A stretch of DNA of 64,000 bases from Mobula hypostoma (taxonomy: Eukaryota), in NCBI RefSeq assembly GCF_963921235.1, contig NC_086109.1, positions 33,420,001 through 33,484,000 on the forward strand. The letters are read 5' to 3'. The notes beneath the pieces were generated by a model that ran no database searches, was not told the origin of the DNA, and worked only from the letters and a program-made list of their open reading frames with translations. Both the position numbers and the translations under genes were made by a program. Shown here piece by piece: positions 35,920-48,488 of the stretch. The number at the start of each line of letters is the position of its first letter. Positions within the stretch are counted from its first letter, which is position 1.

Positions 35920-37525
35920 AAAGGAACCCTTACACCTATGATTGTGTGGCTAAGTACAACTCAAAAACCACATCCAGGTTCACTGGTGACACCACTGTTG
36001 TGGGCCGTATCAAAGGTGGTGATGAATCAGCATAGAGGAGGGAGGTTGAAAATTTGGGCGAGTGGTGTCATAATGGCAGCCTCTCACTCAATGTCAGCAA
36101 GACCACAGAACTGATTGTAGACTTCAGGAGAGGGAAATCAGAGGTCCATAAGCCGGTACTCATCAGAGGAGTGGAGGTAGAGAGGGCCAGTAACTTTAAA
36201 TTCCTGGTTGTCACCATCTCAGAGGACCTGTCTTGGACCCATCACATAAATGTAATTGGAAAGAAAGCACGTCGGAGCCTCTACTTCCTTAGGAGTCTGT
36301 GGAAATTTAGCATGTCATCAAAAACTTTGATGAACTGACAAATGGAGTTCAACCCAGATACGTGTGAGGTGGTTCATTTTGGTAGGTCAAGTATGATGGC
36401 AGAATATAGTATTAATGGTAAGACTCTTAGCAGTGTGGAGGATCAGAGGGATCCATGGGACACTCAAAGCTGTTGCGTAGGTTGACTGGGTGGTTAAAAA
36501 GGCCTTCATCAATCATGGGATTGAGTTTAGGAGCTGAGAGGTAATATTGCAGCTATATAGGACCCTGGTCAGACCCCACTTGGAGTACTGTGCTCAGTTC
36601 TGGTCGCTTCACTACAGGAAGGATGTGGAAACCATAGAAAGGGTCCAGGGGAGATTTACAAGGATGTTGCCTGGATTCGTGAACATGCCTTATGAGAATA
36701 GGTTGAGTGAACTCGGCCTTTTCTCCTTGGAGCAACGGAGGTTGAGAGGTGACCTGATAGAGGTGTATAAGATAATGAGAGGTCTTGATCGTGCAGATAG
36801 TCAAGAGGCTTTTTCCCCAGGGCTGAAATGGCTAGCACAAGGGGGCACAGTTTTAAGGAGCTTGGAAGTAGGTACAGGGGTAAGGTAATTTCTAAGGTAA
36901 GGACATGTTTGGCACAGCTTTGTGGGCTGAAGGGCCTGTATTGTGCTGTAGGTTTTCTATGTTTCTAACTTCTATAGATGTGTAGTGGAAAGTGTACAGA
37001 TTGTCTGCATTACAGCCTCGTATGGGAACACCAATGATTGAGTGGAAAATCCTACAAAAGGTAGTGGATTCAGCCCAGTACATCACAGATAAAGTCCTCC
37101 CAACCATTGAGCACATCTACATGAAATGTTGTCTTAGAAAAGCAGAATCCATCAAAGATTTTACCACCCAGGCCATGCTCTTTTCTCAATGCTGTCGTCA
37201 GGTAGAAGATACAAGTGCCTAAGGATTCACACTAGGTTGAAGATCAGTTACTACCCCTCAACCATCAAGCTCTTGAACTAAAGAGGATAACTACTCTCAT
37301 TCTATTTCTGGTGTTCCCACTTTAATGACCCTTCGTCTTGTTATTTCATGCTCTCATTATTTATATTTATTTATTTATATTTGCATTTCCAAAGTTTGTT
37401 GTTTATTGATTCTATTTTCAGTTACTGTTCTATAGATTTGCTGAGTAAGGCCAAAGGAAAAATAATCTCAGGGTTGTATGTGGTGACATGTATGTACTCT
37501 GATAATAAATTTTACTTTGAATTTT
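35920..37525 (+). mobile_element. Rex1/Babar-type LINE fragment interrupted by a CR1 3' fragment (about 36338-36972)
   Basis: LNVSKTTELIVDFRR...FKFL...KKARRSLYFLRSL, then CR1 RPHLEYCAQFWS, then Rex1 resumes with LQKVVDSAQYIT and the 3' tail. Confidence 0.85.
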
Positions 37526-37539
37526 GAAAATTAGTGATT

Positions 37540-39140
37540 GTAATATGATAGAATTCACCCTGCAGTTTGAGAAGGAAAAGCTAAAGTCATATGTATCAGT
37601 ATTACAGTAGAGTAAAGGGAATTGCAGAGGCATGAGAGAGGAGCTGGCCAAAGTTGAGTGAAAGGGGACACTAACAGGGATGATGGCAGATCAGCAAAGG
37701 CTGGAGTTTGTGGGAACAATTCTGAAAGCCAAAGTTAACTACTGCCTGTTACACTGCTGGTGTTTGGGGCAGCAACGAAGGTCCTCCATCTCTGCCTGTC
37801 CTTAGCCATCTTCTCTATAGTGCTCCAGGTGTGGTTCACCTGTGCCAGTAGCTTCCTCTTGGGTTTCACTACTGTCAGTCATGCAGGTCCTGGCTGGAGA
37901 CTCTGGAATATAGTCTCACACAGATATAGGATTCTCCATTGCCATTTCTGTAACAATTTTGTTTGACCAGTCAGGGCTGTTAGTCCTGAGCTGAACCCCT
38001 GAACCTGGAGGACTGGTGGACCACTTTTATCCTGGCCTCTACCCTTTGACCTGTTAGGTATGGGTGACCCCAGCAGGAGTCAAAACACAAGGCCCCGACT
38101 CTAGCCAACATAGCCTCCAGGTCATTGAAGCATGCAATCCTCCAAATCCAACAACAAGGTACAAGGTTGTGGTCCTCTTGAAAAATACATCCCAAAGATA
38201 TATTCTAGGGGAGGATGAGGCTACTGTAGCTGACAAGGGAAGTCAAAGACAGCACAAAAGCAAAAGAGAGGGCACCTAATAGAGTAAAATTACTGGGAAA
38301 TTGGGGGATTGGGAAGCTTTTAAAACCAACAGAAGGCAACTAAAATGCCATAAAAGAGAAAAGATGAAATATGAAGGAAAGTAAGCCAATAATATAAAAG
38401 AGGATACTAATTATTTTCTTCAGGTTTATAAAAGAGAAAAAGAGAAGTGAGAGTGGAAATTGGATGGCTGGAAAATGACACTGGAGAGGTAGTACTGGGG
38501 GACAAAGAAATGGTGATGCACATAATCAATATTTTGCGTCAGTCTTCACCGTGGAAGACACCAGCAGTATGCCAGAATTTCAACAGGGTTGGGGGCAGAG
38601 TGAGTATAGTTACTATTACTAAGGAGAAGGTGCTTGGGAAGCTGAAAGGTCTGAAGATAGATAAGTCACCTGGACCGGATAGACTGCAACCCAGGGACCT
38701 GAAAGAGATAGCTGAGGAGATTGTGAAGCGATTAGTAGTGACATTTCAAGAATCACTAAATTTTGGAATGGCTATGAAGGACTAGAAAACTGAAAATGTT
38801 TCCACTTTTTAAGGGAAGGAAGCAAAAGAAATTACAGCCAGTTATCCTGACTTCAGTGGTTGGTAAGATGTTGGAGTGCATTATTAAGAATGAGGTTTCA
38901 GGGTTCTTGGAGGCATGTGATAAAATAGGCCAATGTTAGCATGGCTTCCTAAAGGACAAATCTTGCCTGACAAATCCATTGGAATTCCTTTGAGGAAATA
39001 ACAGGCAGGATAGACAAAGGAGAGTCAGTGGACATTGTTTACTTGGATTTTCAGAAGGTCTTGGACAAGATGCCGCACATGATGCTTCTAAACAAGACTA
39101 GCTCCTAGTATTACAGGAAAGATACTAGCATGGATACTCG
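37540..39140 (+). mobile_element. CR1 ORF2 internal fragment, interrupted by an RTE-derived element (about 37735-38165, minus)
   Basis: LKGLKIDKSPGPDRLQPRDLKE, and downstream QHGF/KSCLTN/VYLDFQK remnants. Confidence 0.82.
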
Positions 39141-40993
39141 TAACCCTTTTGTTTACAGAGCACAGAAATAGAATTTCCAATTGATTTTCAATTATGTCAG
39201 TGGAAGTCTTAAATGGTTTTAGTGGTCTGCTCTCTTAATTAAGATGGGGGCATGGTCAGCGATAAATTTTCTACTTCTAAGGGAGTGGACGCTTGAGAAG
39301 GCAGGAACTCTGGTTGGAAAAGTAACTATTGTGATCCTGCACAAATCTTTAAAGCAGGTTACTGGTACATTCAGGGAAATTATTCGAAAACAGTATAGTT
39401 CAGTTCCCGGAAAATGGAAGAACTTATCACCCGGTAAATAAACCTTTGGCCTTTAACGTAGAAGGCAATGAAGAATGAGTCAATGCCAGTATAGGCCCCA
39501 GCTTGCTCCTCCTGTGGCCTTCATGATCCAACCTGTAACTGACCTCCGGGGTATGGGACAATGAACTGCAGTGGCAGCTCTAGAACAGAGTGCAGATCTG
39601 ACGGGCTTAGTTAAGTGTTGGTGACTACCTGCCACTAGTGAGCAGAAACCATTGTTTCAGGGAATCAGTTTGACTAGACCTTTGGCTTTATCTGTTTCCT
39701 CTCAGGACTGCCCTATTTCTTGGGAAAAGGGGGACGACAACAACACAACAATATTCCGTCCCTGCATCTGCTAACTTCCAACTAACTTATTTGATAAGAG
39801 GATTTTCTCTCGACCCCTTTGAAAGACATTCCCTTCTGGTGAGGTCTTGGTTAAATGGATTATTGGGCAAAATGAAACATCAAACCATATTGTGCTCCAG
39901 TTTCTATAAGATGGTCCTGTATCTGCCTGTGCACTAGGCTTTCTGCAGAATGAACAACATCCCCAGCCTGTTCCACCCTAACCACATGCTTTCAAAGCTA
40001 CTTCAGGGTCTCTGGATGGTTTCGTCTGGAAAGCACCTTTAAAATGTACAAATTAGGAGTGGAAGCGGGCCAATCATTCCTTCAGGTGGGAATGGGTGAT
40101 CCCTTTTAAGCAGAGATCTTTATTTCTAAATTCTCAGTTCTCATTCTCATCCACCTGGTCAAGACTACCCAGGATATTTTAATCACTCCTCTCATTTTTC
40201 AAAGCAGATAGAAGCCTAACCTCTCCATCTTTTTCTCATAAGAGAACCTGTCCCTTTCAGCTATTAGTCTGGTAACATCTCTCTGACCTGCTTCAAACAC
40301 ATTAACTCCATTCTAACATAAAGGATTAGTGCACATTTTCATTGGTGCCGTCTCATTAATTAGTGAAACACATCTTCCCTGCTTTTGCGTGCCACTTCCC
40401 CAACAATTAAAAAATAAATTTACCTATCTGGTTGCTATAAAGTATAACCAGCTGTTAGAGTGAGTTTTTTTGGGTAGATAATTCGTTTACACTTAAATGA
40501 CTTTGGCCACCAGACTTCTATTTGACAAAGTACTGTGGATTGAGTTCACAACAATGCGCTTCCTAAAAAGGTGTGAATACCAGATGCTTCTGGCACCGTA
40601 GTTTGACCAGATGCTGTAGTTTCAAAGATAGTATTATCTATACTTTATAAATATTAATTGTCTTGTATGTTAGCACGTAAAATGCCAAATAAATGCATTG
40701 CATTCCTAAGGGCTGTGGATACCAACCCACACATGTTGGTGTCGGAAGGAAAGGATGAAGTTAGGAGGTGTGATGTTTTGTATGTAGCTTCAAAAGGAAG
40801 CATTGTCTATGCATTGTCTACAACTTTAAGTAGCGATTGCCTTTTGTGTTTAGCATATAAATATTGAGACCACGTTGGGCTAGCAGACCTTTCTACCGAA
40901 AGCGTCTCCGCCTGTATCTTGTTGTGTTGAATAGAGAAGCAGGGTCTCTGTCTCGCCGGTGATTTCATCCACACCACAACACCAGCTATCAGT

Positions 40994-41706
40994 TGGTGAG
41001 ATCTGGCGATGAGGCATTGGCACCAGGACCTCGTCTGGCTGGCGGTGAGGGGGCCCTCCCAGTCAGATCCCTCCTGTACGCCTGGAACGTCGTCTCCGCA
41101 CCCCACTGCCCACGGGAGGGCTGCAGTGAGGAGGAGTCTGTGACCCACCTCTTTGCACACTGTCAGTTCGCAAAGAGGGTGTGGAGGAGGATGGACGGGC
41201 TAGTGTCACGTTTCATCCCCAGCAGCTGCGTAACAGAGGACTCTCTGATCTACGGGCTGTTCCCAGGGACGCACACGGAGACCAACATCCAGTGCTGCTG
41301 GCAGATCATCAACTCAGTGAAAGATGCTCTTTGGTTGGCCCGAAACTTGATGATCTACCAGCACATGGAGGTGTCCGTGGGAGAATGCTGCCGACTGGCA
41401 CATTCTCGGCTGCAGGAGCACATGCTGAGGGACGCACTGAAACTCGGTGCAGCCACCCCAAGGGCCCGGTGGGGAAGGACCACGGTATAGGTTTCTCCAC
41501 CCGTGGGAGTGGGAGGGGTCGGGTGGCAGGGAGTATACCCCTCAACAATGATGTGATAAGGTGAACAACTGGAGTGCCACGTGAGTAGCCATAAGTACGG
41601 ATATGTACTGACTATAATGGAAACCTATGTAAAGGATGTAAAGTTATTGAATGGTGTATTGTATATAATTATATTTTTGAATAAAGTATATTTTGAAATA
41701 AAAAAA
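40994..41706 (+). mobile_element. 5'-truncated Tx1/L1-clade LINE 3' end
   Basis: Open frame with CCHC motif CPREGCSEEESVTHLFAHC, AATAAA at 41680 and an A tail. 16-bp TSD AACACCAGCTATCAGT at 40978-40993 and 41707-41722. GC-rich relative to flanks. Confidence 0.9.
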
Positions 41707-42344
41707 AACACCAGCTATCAGTGAATCATGTACAGGACACCAGATCTCTCTGTATCTCAGAGCTCTGCAATCTCTCACCATTTAGATGTGTCTTTTTTTA
41801 AAAAGCTTCTCCTGCCAAATGGGCAATTTCCAAATGCTGATTCTATACCCTTCTGAAAGCCATTGTTGAATTTGCCTATGCCATCCTGTTGGACAATGCA
41901 TTCGAGATGCTAAACATTCAGCACATTAAAAAATTTCTCTTGTCACCATTAGTTTCTTTGCCAATTTTCTCAAGTATATTCTCTGCTTCCTAAGCATTTA
42001 ACTGATGAAATATTTCTCCTTTATTCCTTTAATATGTTGATACCTCTATCACATCTTTCGATCTCTGCTCTCAGAGGAATAATCCCTGTTCTCCACTCTG
42101 TCTACATGAAATGAATTCCTTATCCCTGAAACTCTTCTAGTAAATCTTTCTCTTTTATCCTTTCAAGTCCTTCACATTCTTCTGATGGTGCAGTTCAAGG
42201 AATGGATGATTGCAATCCAGTAAGTGTTCCATATTTCTCTTTTCCTTTATGTATCAAATTTAGGATCATAATTTTTCCCACATGCTCCACTGTCTTCAAG
42301 CACTTTTCCCAAGTTCCTTCTCCATGTTTGTTAATATAAAATAT

Positions 42345-42797
42345 ACAAGAATGATTCTGGGAATTAAAGGGCTAACATATGAGGAATGTTTGATTTCTCT
42401 GGATTTGGTGGGGGGGATCTTGTTGAAATCTATTGAATATTGAAAGGCCTAAATAGAGTGAAGATGGAGGGAACAGTTCCTATAGTGAAAAAGTGTGGCA
42501 CGAAAGGGCACAGTCTCATAATAGAAGAATATCTTTTTCATACAGAGATGAGGAGGAGTTTGTTTAGCCACATGGTGGTGAATCTGTGGAATTCATTGCC
42601 ACAGACAGCTGTGGAGGTCAAGTCATTGGGTATATTTAAAGCAGAGGTTGATAGGTTCTTGATTAGTAAGGGCGCCAAAATTTACAGGGAGAAGACGGGA
42701 GAATGAGGTCAAAGGATAATAAATCAGCCATGATGGAATGGTGGAACAGATCCATTGGGCCAGATGGGCTAATTATGCTCCTATGTCTTATGGTCTC
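42345..42797 (+). mobile_element. CR1 LINE 3' end
   Basis: MVVNLWNSLPQTAVEVKSLGIFKAEVDRFL plus tail. Confidence 0.82.
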
Positions 42798-42806
42798 ATT
42801 GTCTTA

Positions 42807-43040
<234 letters not shown>

Positions 43041-43519
43041 CTATTCTGTTTATGAAGGCACTGTAGGCCCAATAAAGAATTAATGCTGCAGGGAGTCACA
43101 GTCACTCAGCTGTACAATACTCCCCAGAGTGAAAATGATTCAATGGCTTAAAGAACATTAAAGATAAAGATTAGCGTTATTTGTCACATGAACATTGAAA
43201 CACACAGCAAAATGCATCATTTGCATTAATGACCATTACGGTCCGAGGATGTGCTAGGGGCAGCCCGCCACTGTATGCAACATAGCATGCCCACATCTTA
43301 CCAAACTGTGTGTCTTGGGAATGTGGGAGGAAAGCAGAGCACCAAGTGATGGGGAGAAAGTACATACTCAAAGACAGCAGCATGAATTAAACCTGGGTCG
43401 CTGGCACTCAAAGTGTTACACTACCCACTACACTACCATGGCTAGAGAAATGTGCCAGGTTTGACCCTTTATGATATGATAGCTAGTTTAAAAGATATGC
43501 TGTCATATTTGGGCTCCAT

Positions 43520-44170
43520 TTCTTTCATGGTGAGTGGTAAATTGGATACAACATTGGCTTATTCATAAAAAGCAGAGGGTACTGATAGAGTGGTGTTTTT
43601 CTGACTCATGGTCTATGACCAAAAGTGCTTGCAAGGATCAGTGCTGGGACTTCTGCTCTGTGTGATCTATATTAAATGACTTGGATACAAATGTAGATGG
43701 CCTGATCAATAACTTTGCAAACAAAGGAAAATTGGTTGACTTGTGGATAGTGAGAAACATTATCAAGTGATGCAGCTGGATATAGATCAGTTAGAAACTT
43801 GGGCAGAGAAGGGGCAGATGAAGTTTAATCTGGACAAACGTGAGGTGATGTATTTTGCGAGGTCAAATGCAGGAGGAAAGAGTACATTAAATGGCAGGAT
43901 TTTTGGCAGCACTGATGTGCAGAGGTTCTTTGGTACAAGTCTATGGCTCCCTGAACGTGGCAACACAAGTAGATACAGTAGTGAAAAGTGCATATGGCAT
44001 GCCCAGGTATAAAAGTCAGGAAATAAGCTTTGGTTAGCCACATTTAGAGTTCTGTGTGCAGTTCAGGTCTCTGTGTGGAAAATTTGGAGAGGGTGCAGAA
44101 GATGTTCCTAGGATGAGCATTACCTAGAAGGGGAGGTTGAGCAAATTTGAATTGTTTTCACTGGAGCGCC
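43520..44170 (+). mobile_element. CR1 RT fragment
   Basis: QGSVLG-like and QLDIDQLETWAEKGQMKFN remnants. Confidence 0.75.
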
Positions 44171-45469
44171 AGAGGCAAATATTCACTGAGAGAAAGAATA
44201 TTTCAAATACCATCCCATGATACAGTGACTGATTCAGAAAAAAACTACTCCATCAAGATTCAACCTGCTTTTGTTCCTGTTAAATGCCGCAGCACATTTC
44301 TCTATTTATCAACTATGCTACGTGGCTACAGGATGTTTGTTGTTTCCCACCCTCACCCACACAGAGTTGTAAAGCTTGTTTTCCGTCCTCACCCGCTGAA
44401 AGTTGTAAAACTTGCTTGCATTTAACCCCTTCCTGGTTACACATCTACACAGACGGACAAGGAGAAGGATGAAGCATCAGTGGCTGGCCAGGACTTGCTT
44501 TTGTGTTCCAATGTTATCAGGAGAGGCCAAGGAAAGTTATTTGGTGAAAAGGAAACTTTAAACACTGGTACTACGAACAACATAGCAGTGAGGCAGGCAT
44601 GAATACATGCGCGTCCAATCAAAAATATAACCTTCATTTCCTTCTTTCTCCATCCTGCATTTGCTGAAGAACAGAATACATCATAAGCAATAACTGCAAT
44701 GAAATTATTGATATGAATCTGTCTGGAAATATCTATACATATGGCACAATTATTGTCGTATATTGATGTGGGCACACACATGAACTTTTTCTTTAGTAAA
44801 TTGTTTCCAACGGTCCTTTGCTAAGAAAATTTTTTTTTAAGTCTCATATGAACTAGATATAAACAGCTGCTTTATTTAATTTTCTCATAGAACAGGAAAC
44901 ACCTTGTATACCAAGTTTTGTTTCTCTCAGGGAACTGTAATGAAGAAATAGACATGCTTGTTTGTTAACTAATCACAAGCTTATCTCTTTCAATTAGTTT
45001 AAAGCAGTGAACTACAATATCTCAGTTCCATTCTCTTGATAAAGAGAAACTATTTCCAGTAGTTGGGAAGTCTAGATCCAAGGACTCTGTTTAAAAATTA
45101 GAGCCAGATCTTTCAACAGTCTAAAGAGGTATGAATTGTCTTTCATAATTGTCAACCAGTACTTGTTCAATTGTCAACTTTAAGTTGGGTGTGGTTAGAT
45201 TTTTGTAAATTGTATTAAGAGATATAGAGCAAAAGTATAGATTATGATAAAGTTAGATCACTCATTTCAGTAGAATGCAGAAATGGTCTAAGTAGCTAAA
45301 ATATTTCTGTCTCAATGAACATATCTCATATTTAGAGCATTATTAATGCTCATTCTGGGGTAGAAGGAGAAGGAAGGAGGAGAATTTAATTTCTGAATGG
45401 ATTGGATTAGGAATAGAACGGGAAGGCTGTGAAGTCTGTAAGAAGTGATGTGACATTTATGCCAATCCG

Positions 45470-47115
45470 TGGCAGGGTCTGCACACCACAGCTAAAAGCA
45501 GTGGAGTTTCCCACATCGCTGCCCCTCTCCCAGATGAGCTAAATCTTTTTTTATTTTATACGCTCAATTCGATGTCGCCAGTACTGAGCCCCTGAGGAGA
45601 CCTGCAGATGATGTGACTGGCAGTTTGGTCATCTGAGGCCAAAGTATGCAGGTGTTTTCAACGAGTGGACAGTCACAAGGCCACGGGACTGGACGGCATC
45701 CCAGGACAAGTACTCAGGATGTGCGCAGCACAACTGGCAGGTGTGTTTACAGACATTTTTTAATCTCTCCCTCTCCCAGTGTAGAGTGCTCTCCTGCTTC
45801 AAAATGCCCACCATTGTCCCTGTACCTAAAAAGACCAAGGTAACATGTCTGTACAACTGGCATTGCACTCACCTCAATAATAAGCAAATGCTTTGACAGG
45901 CTGATCAAGGGCTACATCTGCAGCTTGCTACCACCCACACTGGACCCCCTACAATTCACCTACTGACACAGCCAATCGACAGATGACGCCATAGTCACAG
46001 CTCTACACACCGTCCTTAAACATCTGGAGAAGAAGGATGCTTATGTGAGAATGCTGTTCTAGGACTACAGTTCAGCATTCAACACCATAATTCCCTCCAG
46101 GCATGACAAGAAGCTCAGAGACCTCGGCCTTCAACCTGCTTTGTGTAGCTGGATCCTAGATTTCCTATCAGATCGCTGGCAGGCTGTAAGACTGGGCTCC
46201 CGCACCTCTGCCCCTCTGACTCTCAACACAGGAGCCCCTCATGGCTGTGTACTAAGCCTCCTCCTTTACTGTCTGTAAACCCATGACTGTGTTGCCACCC
46301 ACAGCTCTAATCAGCTAATTAAATTTGCTGATGACACTACATTGATTGACCTTATCTCAAATAATAATGAGGTGGCCTATGGAGAAGTAGTTCTGACACA
46401 GTGATGTCAAGAAAACAACCTCTCCCTCAATGTCACAAAAACAAAGGAGCTGGTTGTGGACTACAGGAGGAATGGAGACAAACTAACCCCTATTGACATC
46501 AATGGATCTGGGGTCGAGAGGGTGAAGAGCTTTAAAGTTCCTCAGCATAAACATCACCGAGGATCTCACGTGGTCTGTACATACTGGCTGTGTGGTGAAA
46601 AAGGCACAGCAGCACCTCTTTCACCTCAGCCGGCTGAAGAACTTTGGTGTGGGCCCCAAATTCTAAAAACTTTCTATAGCGGCACAATTGAGAGCATCCT
46701 GTACTTCTTTCAATCGCAGGACGCTGCAGAGAGTGGTGCGGAGAGGCCAGTGCATCTGTAGATGTGAAGAACTTCCCACTACTCAGGATACTTACAAAGA
46801 CAGGTGTGTAAAAAGGGCCCGAAGGATCATTGGGGACCTGAGTCACCCCAACCACAAACTGTTCCAGCTGCTACCATCCGGGAAACGGTACCGCAGCATA
46901 AAAGCCAGGATCAACAGGCTCTGGGACAGCTTCTTCCACCAGGCCATCAGACTGATTAATTCATGCTGATGCATCTGTATTTCTATGTTATATTGACTGT
47001 CCTGTTGCGCATATTTATTATAAATTACTATGATTGCACATTTAGATGGAGACGTGACGCAAAGACTTTTACTCCTCATGTATATGAAGGATGCAAGTAA
47101 TAAAGTCAATTCAGT
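45470..47115 (+). mobile_element. Rex1/Babar-type LINE RT region, frameshifted
   Basis: KATGLDGIPG, PTIVPVPKK, DYSSAFNTI, KFADDTT and LFQLLPSGKRYRSIKAR; tail aataaagtcaattca. Confidence 0.9.
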
Positions 47116-47583
47116 TCAACTCCAGCAGGTACCCGTGCTTCACACAGGCCCGTCAGACTGCAATCAGAAACCACCCTTGGGGCAGGCTGGCTGGCAATTT
47201 GAATAGGTTAATCATTAACTAAAAGTTTCGCAAACGCTGATCATGGAGCTCGGGAATGAAACCCAGGCATGAATGTGGCATTGTCAAACAGGATCGGCAG
47301 AATAAATAAGCACAGCAATAAATTATGCATCCTCACTGCTGTTTTCTTACGAAACTTCAGCTTTCTTCACAGAGTTGTTCCAGTTCGTTAATTGGGCAAA
47401 CGTGGAGAAACACTTTGTAGGTATGGACCAGGTTTCCAGGAAGCTGACATTCCTTGATCATTCACATCTCCAGGCAGGTTTAGACCGGTTATTTAGGAAC
47501 ATTGATAGCTCTGAAGGAATATTTTAGCTAAAGCCACAGACAATACATATTCATTGCCTTGAGGTATCCGGAGGAGCCATTCA

Positions 47584-48488
47584 GGCTACGTCCACACTAG
47601 ACTGGATAATTTTGAAAACGCCGGTTTCAAGTAAAAACGACAGGCGTCCACACTACGCATTTTTCAAAATATCTCTGTCCACACTAAAACAGATATTTGG
47701 GCGAATCTACACCTACTGGGCATGCGCAGACATATCTACAGAAGCGAAGAGGAAACAGTATAATATTTACATTTCCGTGGCGGCGTTGTGCTATTTTCAT
47801 TGGTCAAAAACTAGAGTACCAATAACAACAGCGAAAGCAAGTTTTCAACAATGTCTTCAAGGAATACAAAGAAAACCTCCGCTGGAAAAAGCAGACCGGA
47901 CTTCTTCGTTTAGAAAGACAATGAAGTCCAGCTGTTTCTGCGAGTTACAAACGACTACAAAGTCAGCAAAGCAGTGGAGATGTTTAATTCCAAACAAACT
48001 ATTAACGTAGACAATAAAGTAAACGACACACGCATGAAGCCGTCCTCTACCCAAGATCAACGAGAGAGTGGAATCTTCTGCCGCCAGACCTGCGCAGTAT
48101 TTCTGACATTAATATTTTTAAAGATAGACTCAAATCAAATCAATTTAGGGGATCTAGTCATAAAAGCTCACTTTAGAATTTAACTTTCACGCCGTTCACA
48201 CCTGCTGCGCGTTATAACAGCCGTCCGGCAGTGCTTGCACAGTACCAAGCAGAAGCAGAAAAAGCATTGTTCTTGTGGTGTTGTCATGACAGCGTTTTCA
48301 GATATCTCAATTTACCCTGTCCATACTGCAACGCCAAACAATCGTTTTCAAATTTACGCACTGTGGAGAGTGTTTTAGAAAATCTCAGTTTTCGGGGGAT
48401 GAAAACGCCATTTCAGTGTGGATGGAGGGTCAAAACGAAGGGAAAAAGCTTCGTTTTCAAAATTATCCAGCATAGTGTGGATGTAGCC
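47584..48488. mobile_element. Non-autonomous PIF/Harbinger-type DNA transposon
   Basis: 37-bp TIRs GGCTACGTCCACACTAGACTGGATAATTTTGAAAACG (34/37 match). 3-bp TSD TCA at 47581-47583 and 48489-48491. No transposase ORF. Confidence 0.88.

Noticed and set aside
39160..39620. Unique-looking segment with a faint sushi-domain-like translation on the minus strand
   Set aside because: Multiple stops, and the cysteine/tryptophan spacing is unconvincing.
47373..47527. Plus-strand exon-like stretch (LFQFVNWANVEKHFVGMDQV...) after a good acceptor; similar case near 50864
   Set aside because: No recognisable homology and no coherent multi-exon model can be assembled.
47612..48010. 132-aa ORF as a transposase
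   Set aside because: No DDE or Myb-like features; an incidental frame within a non-autonomous element.
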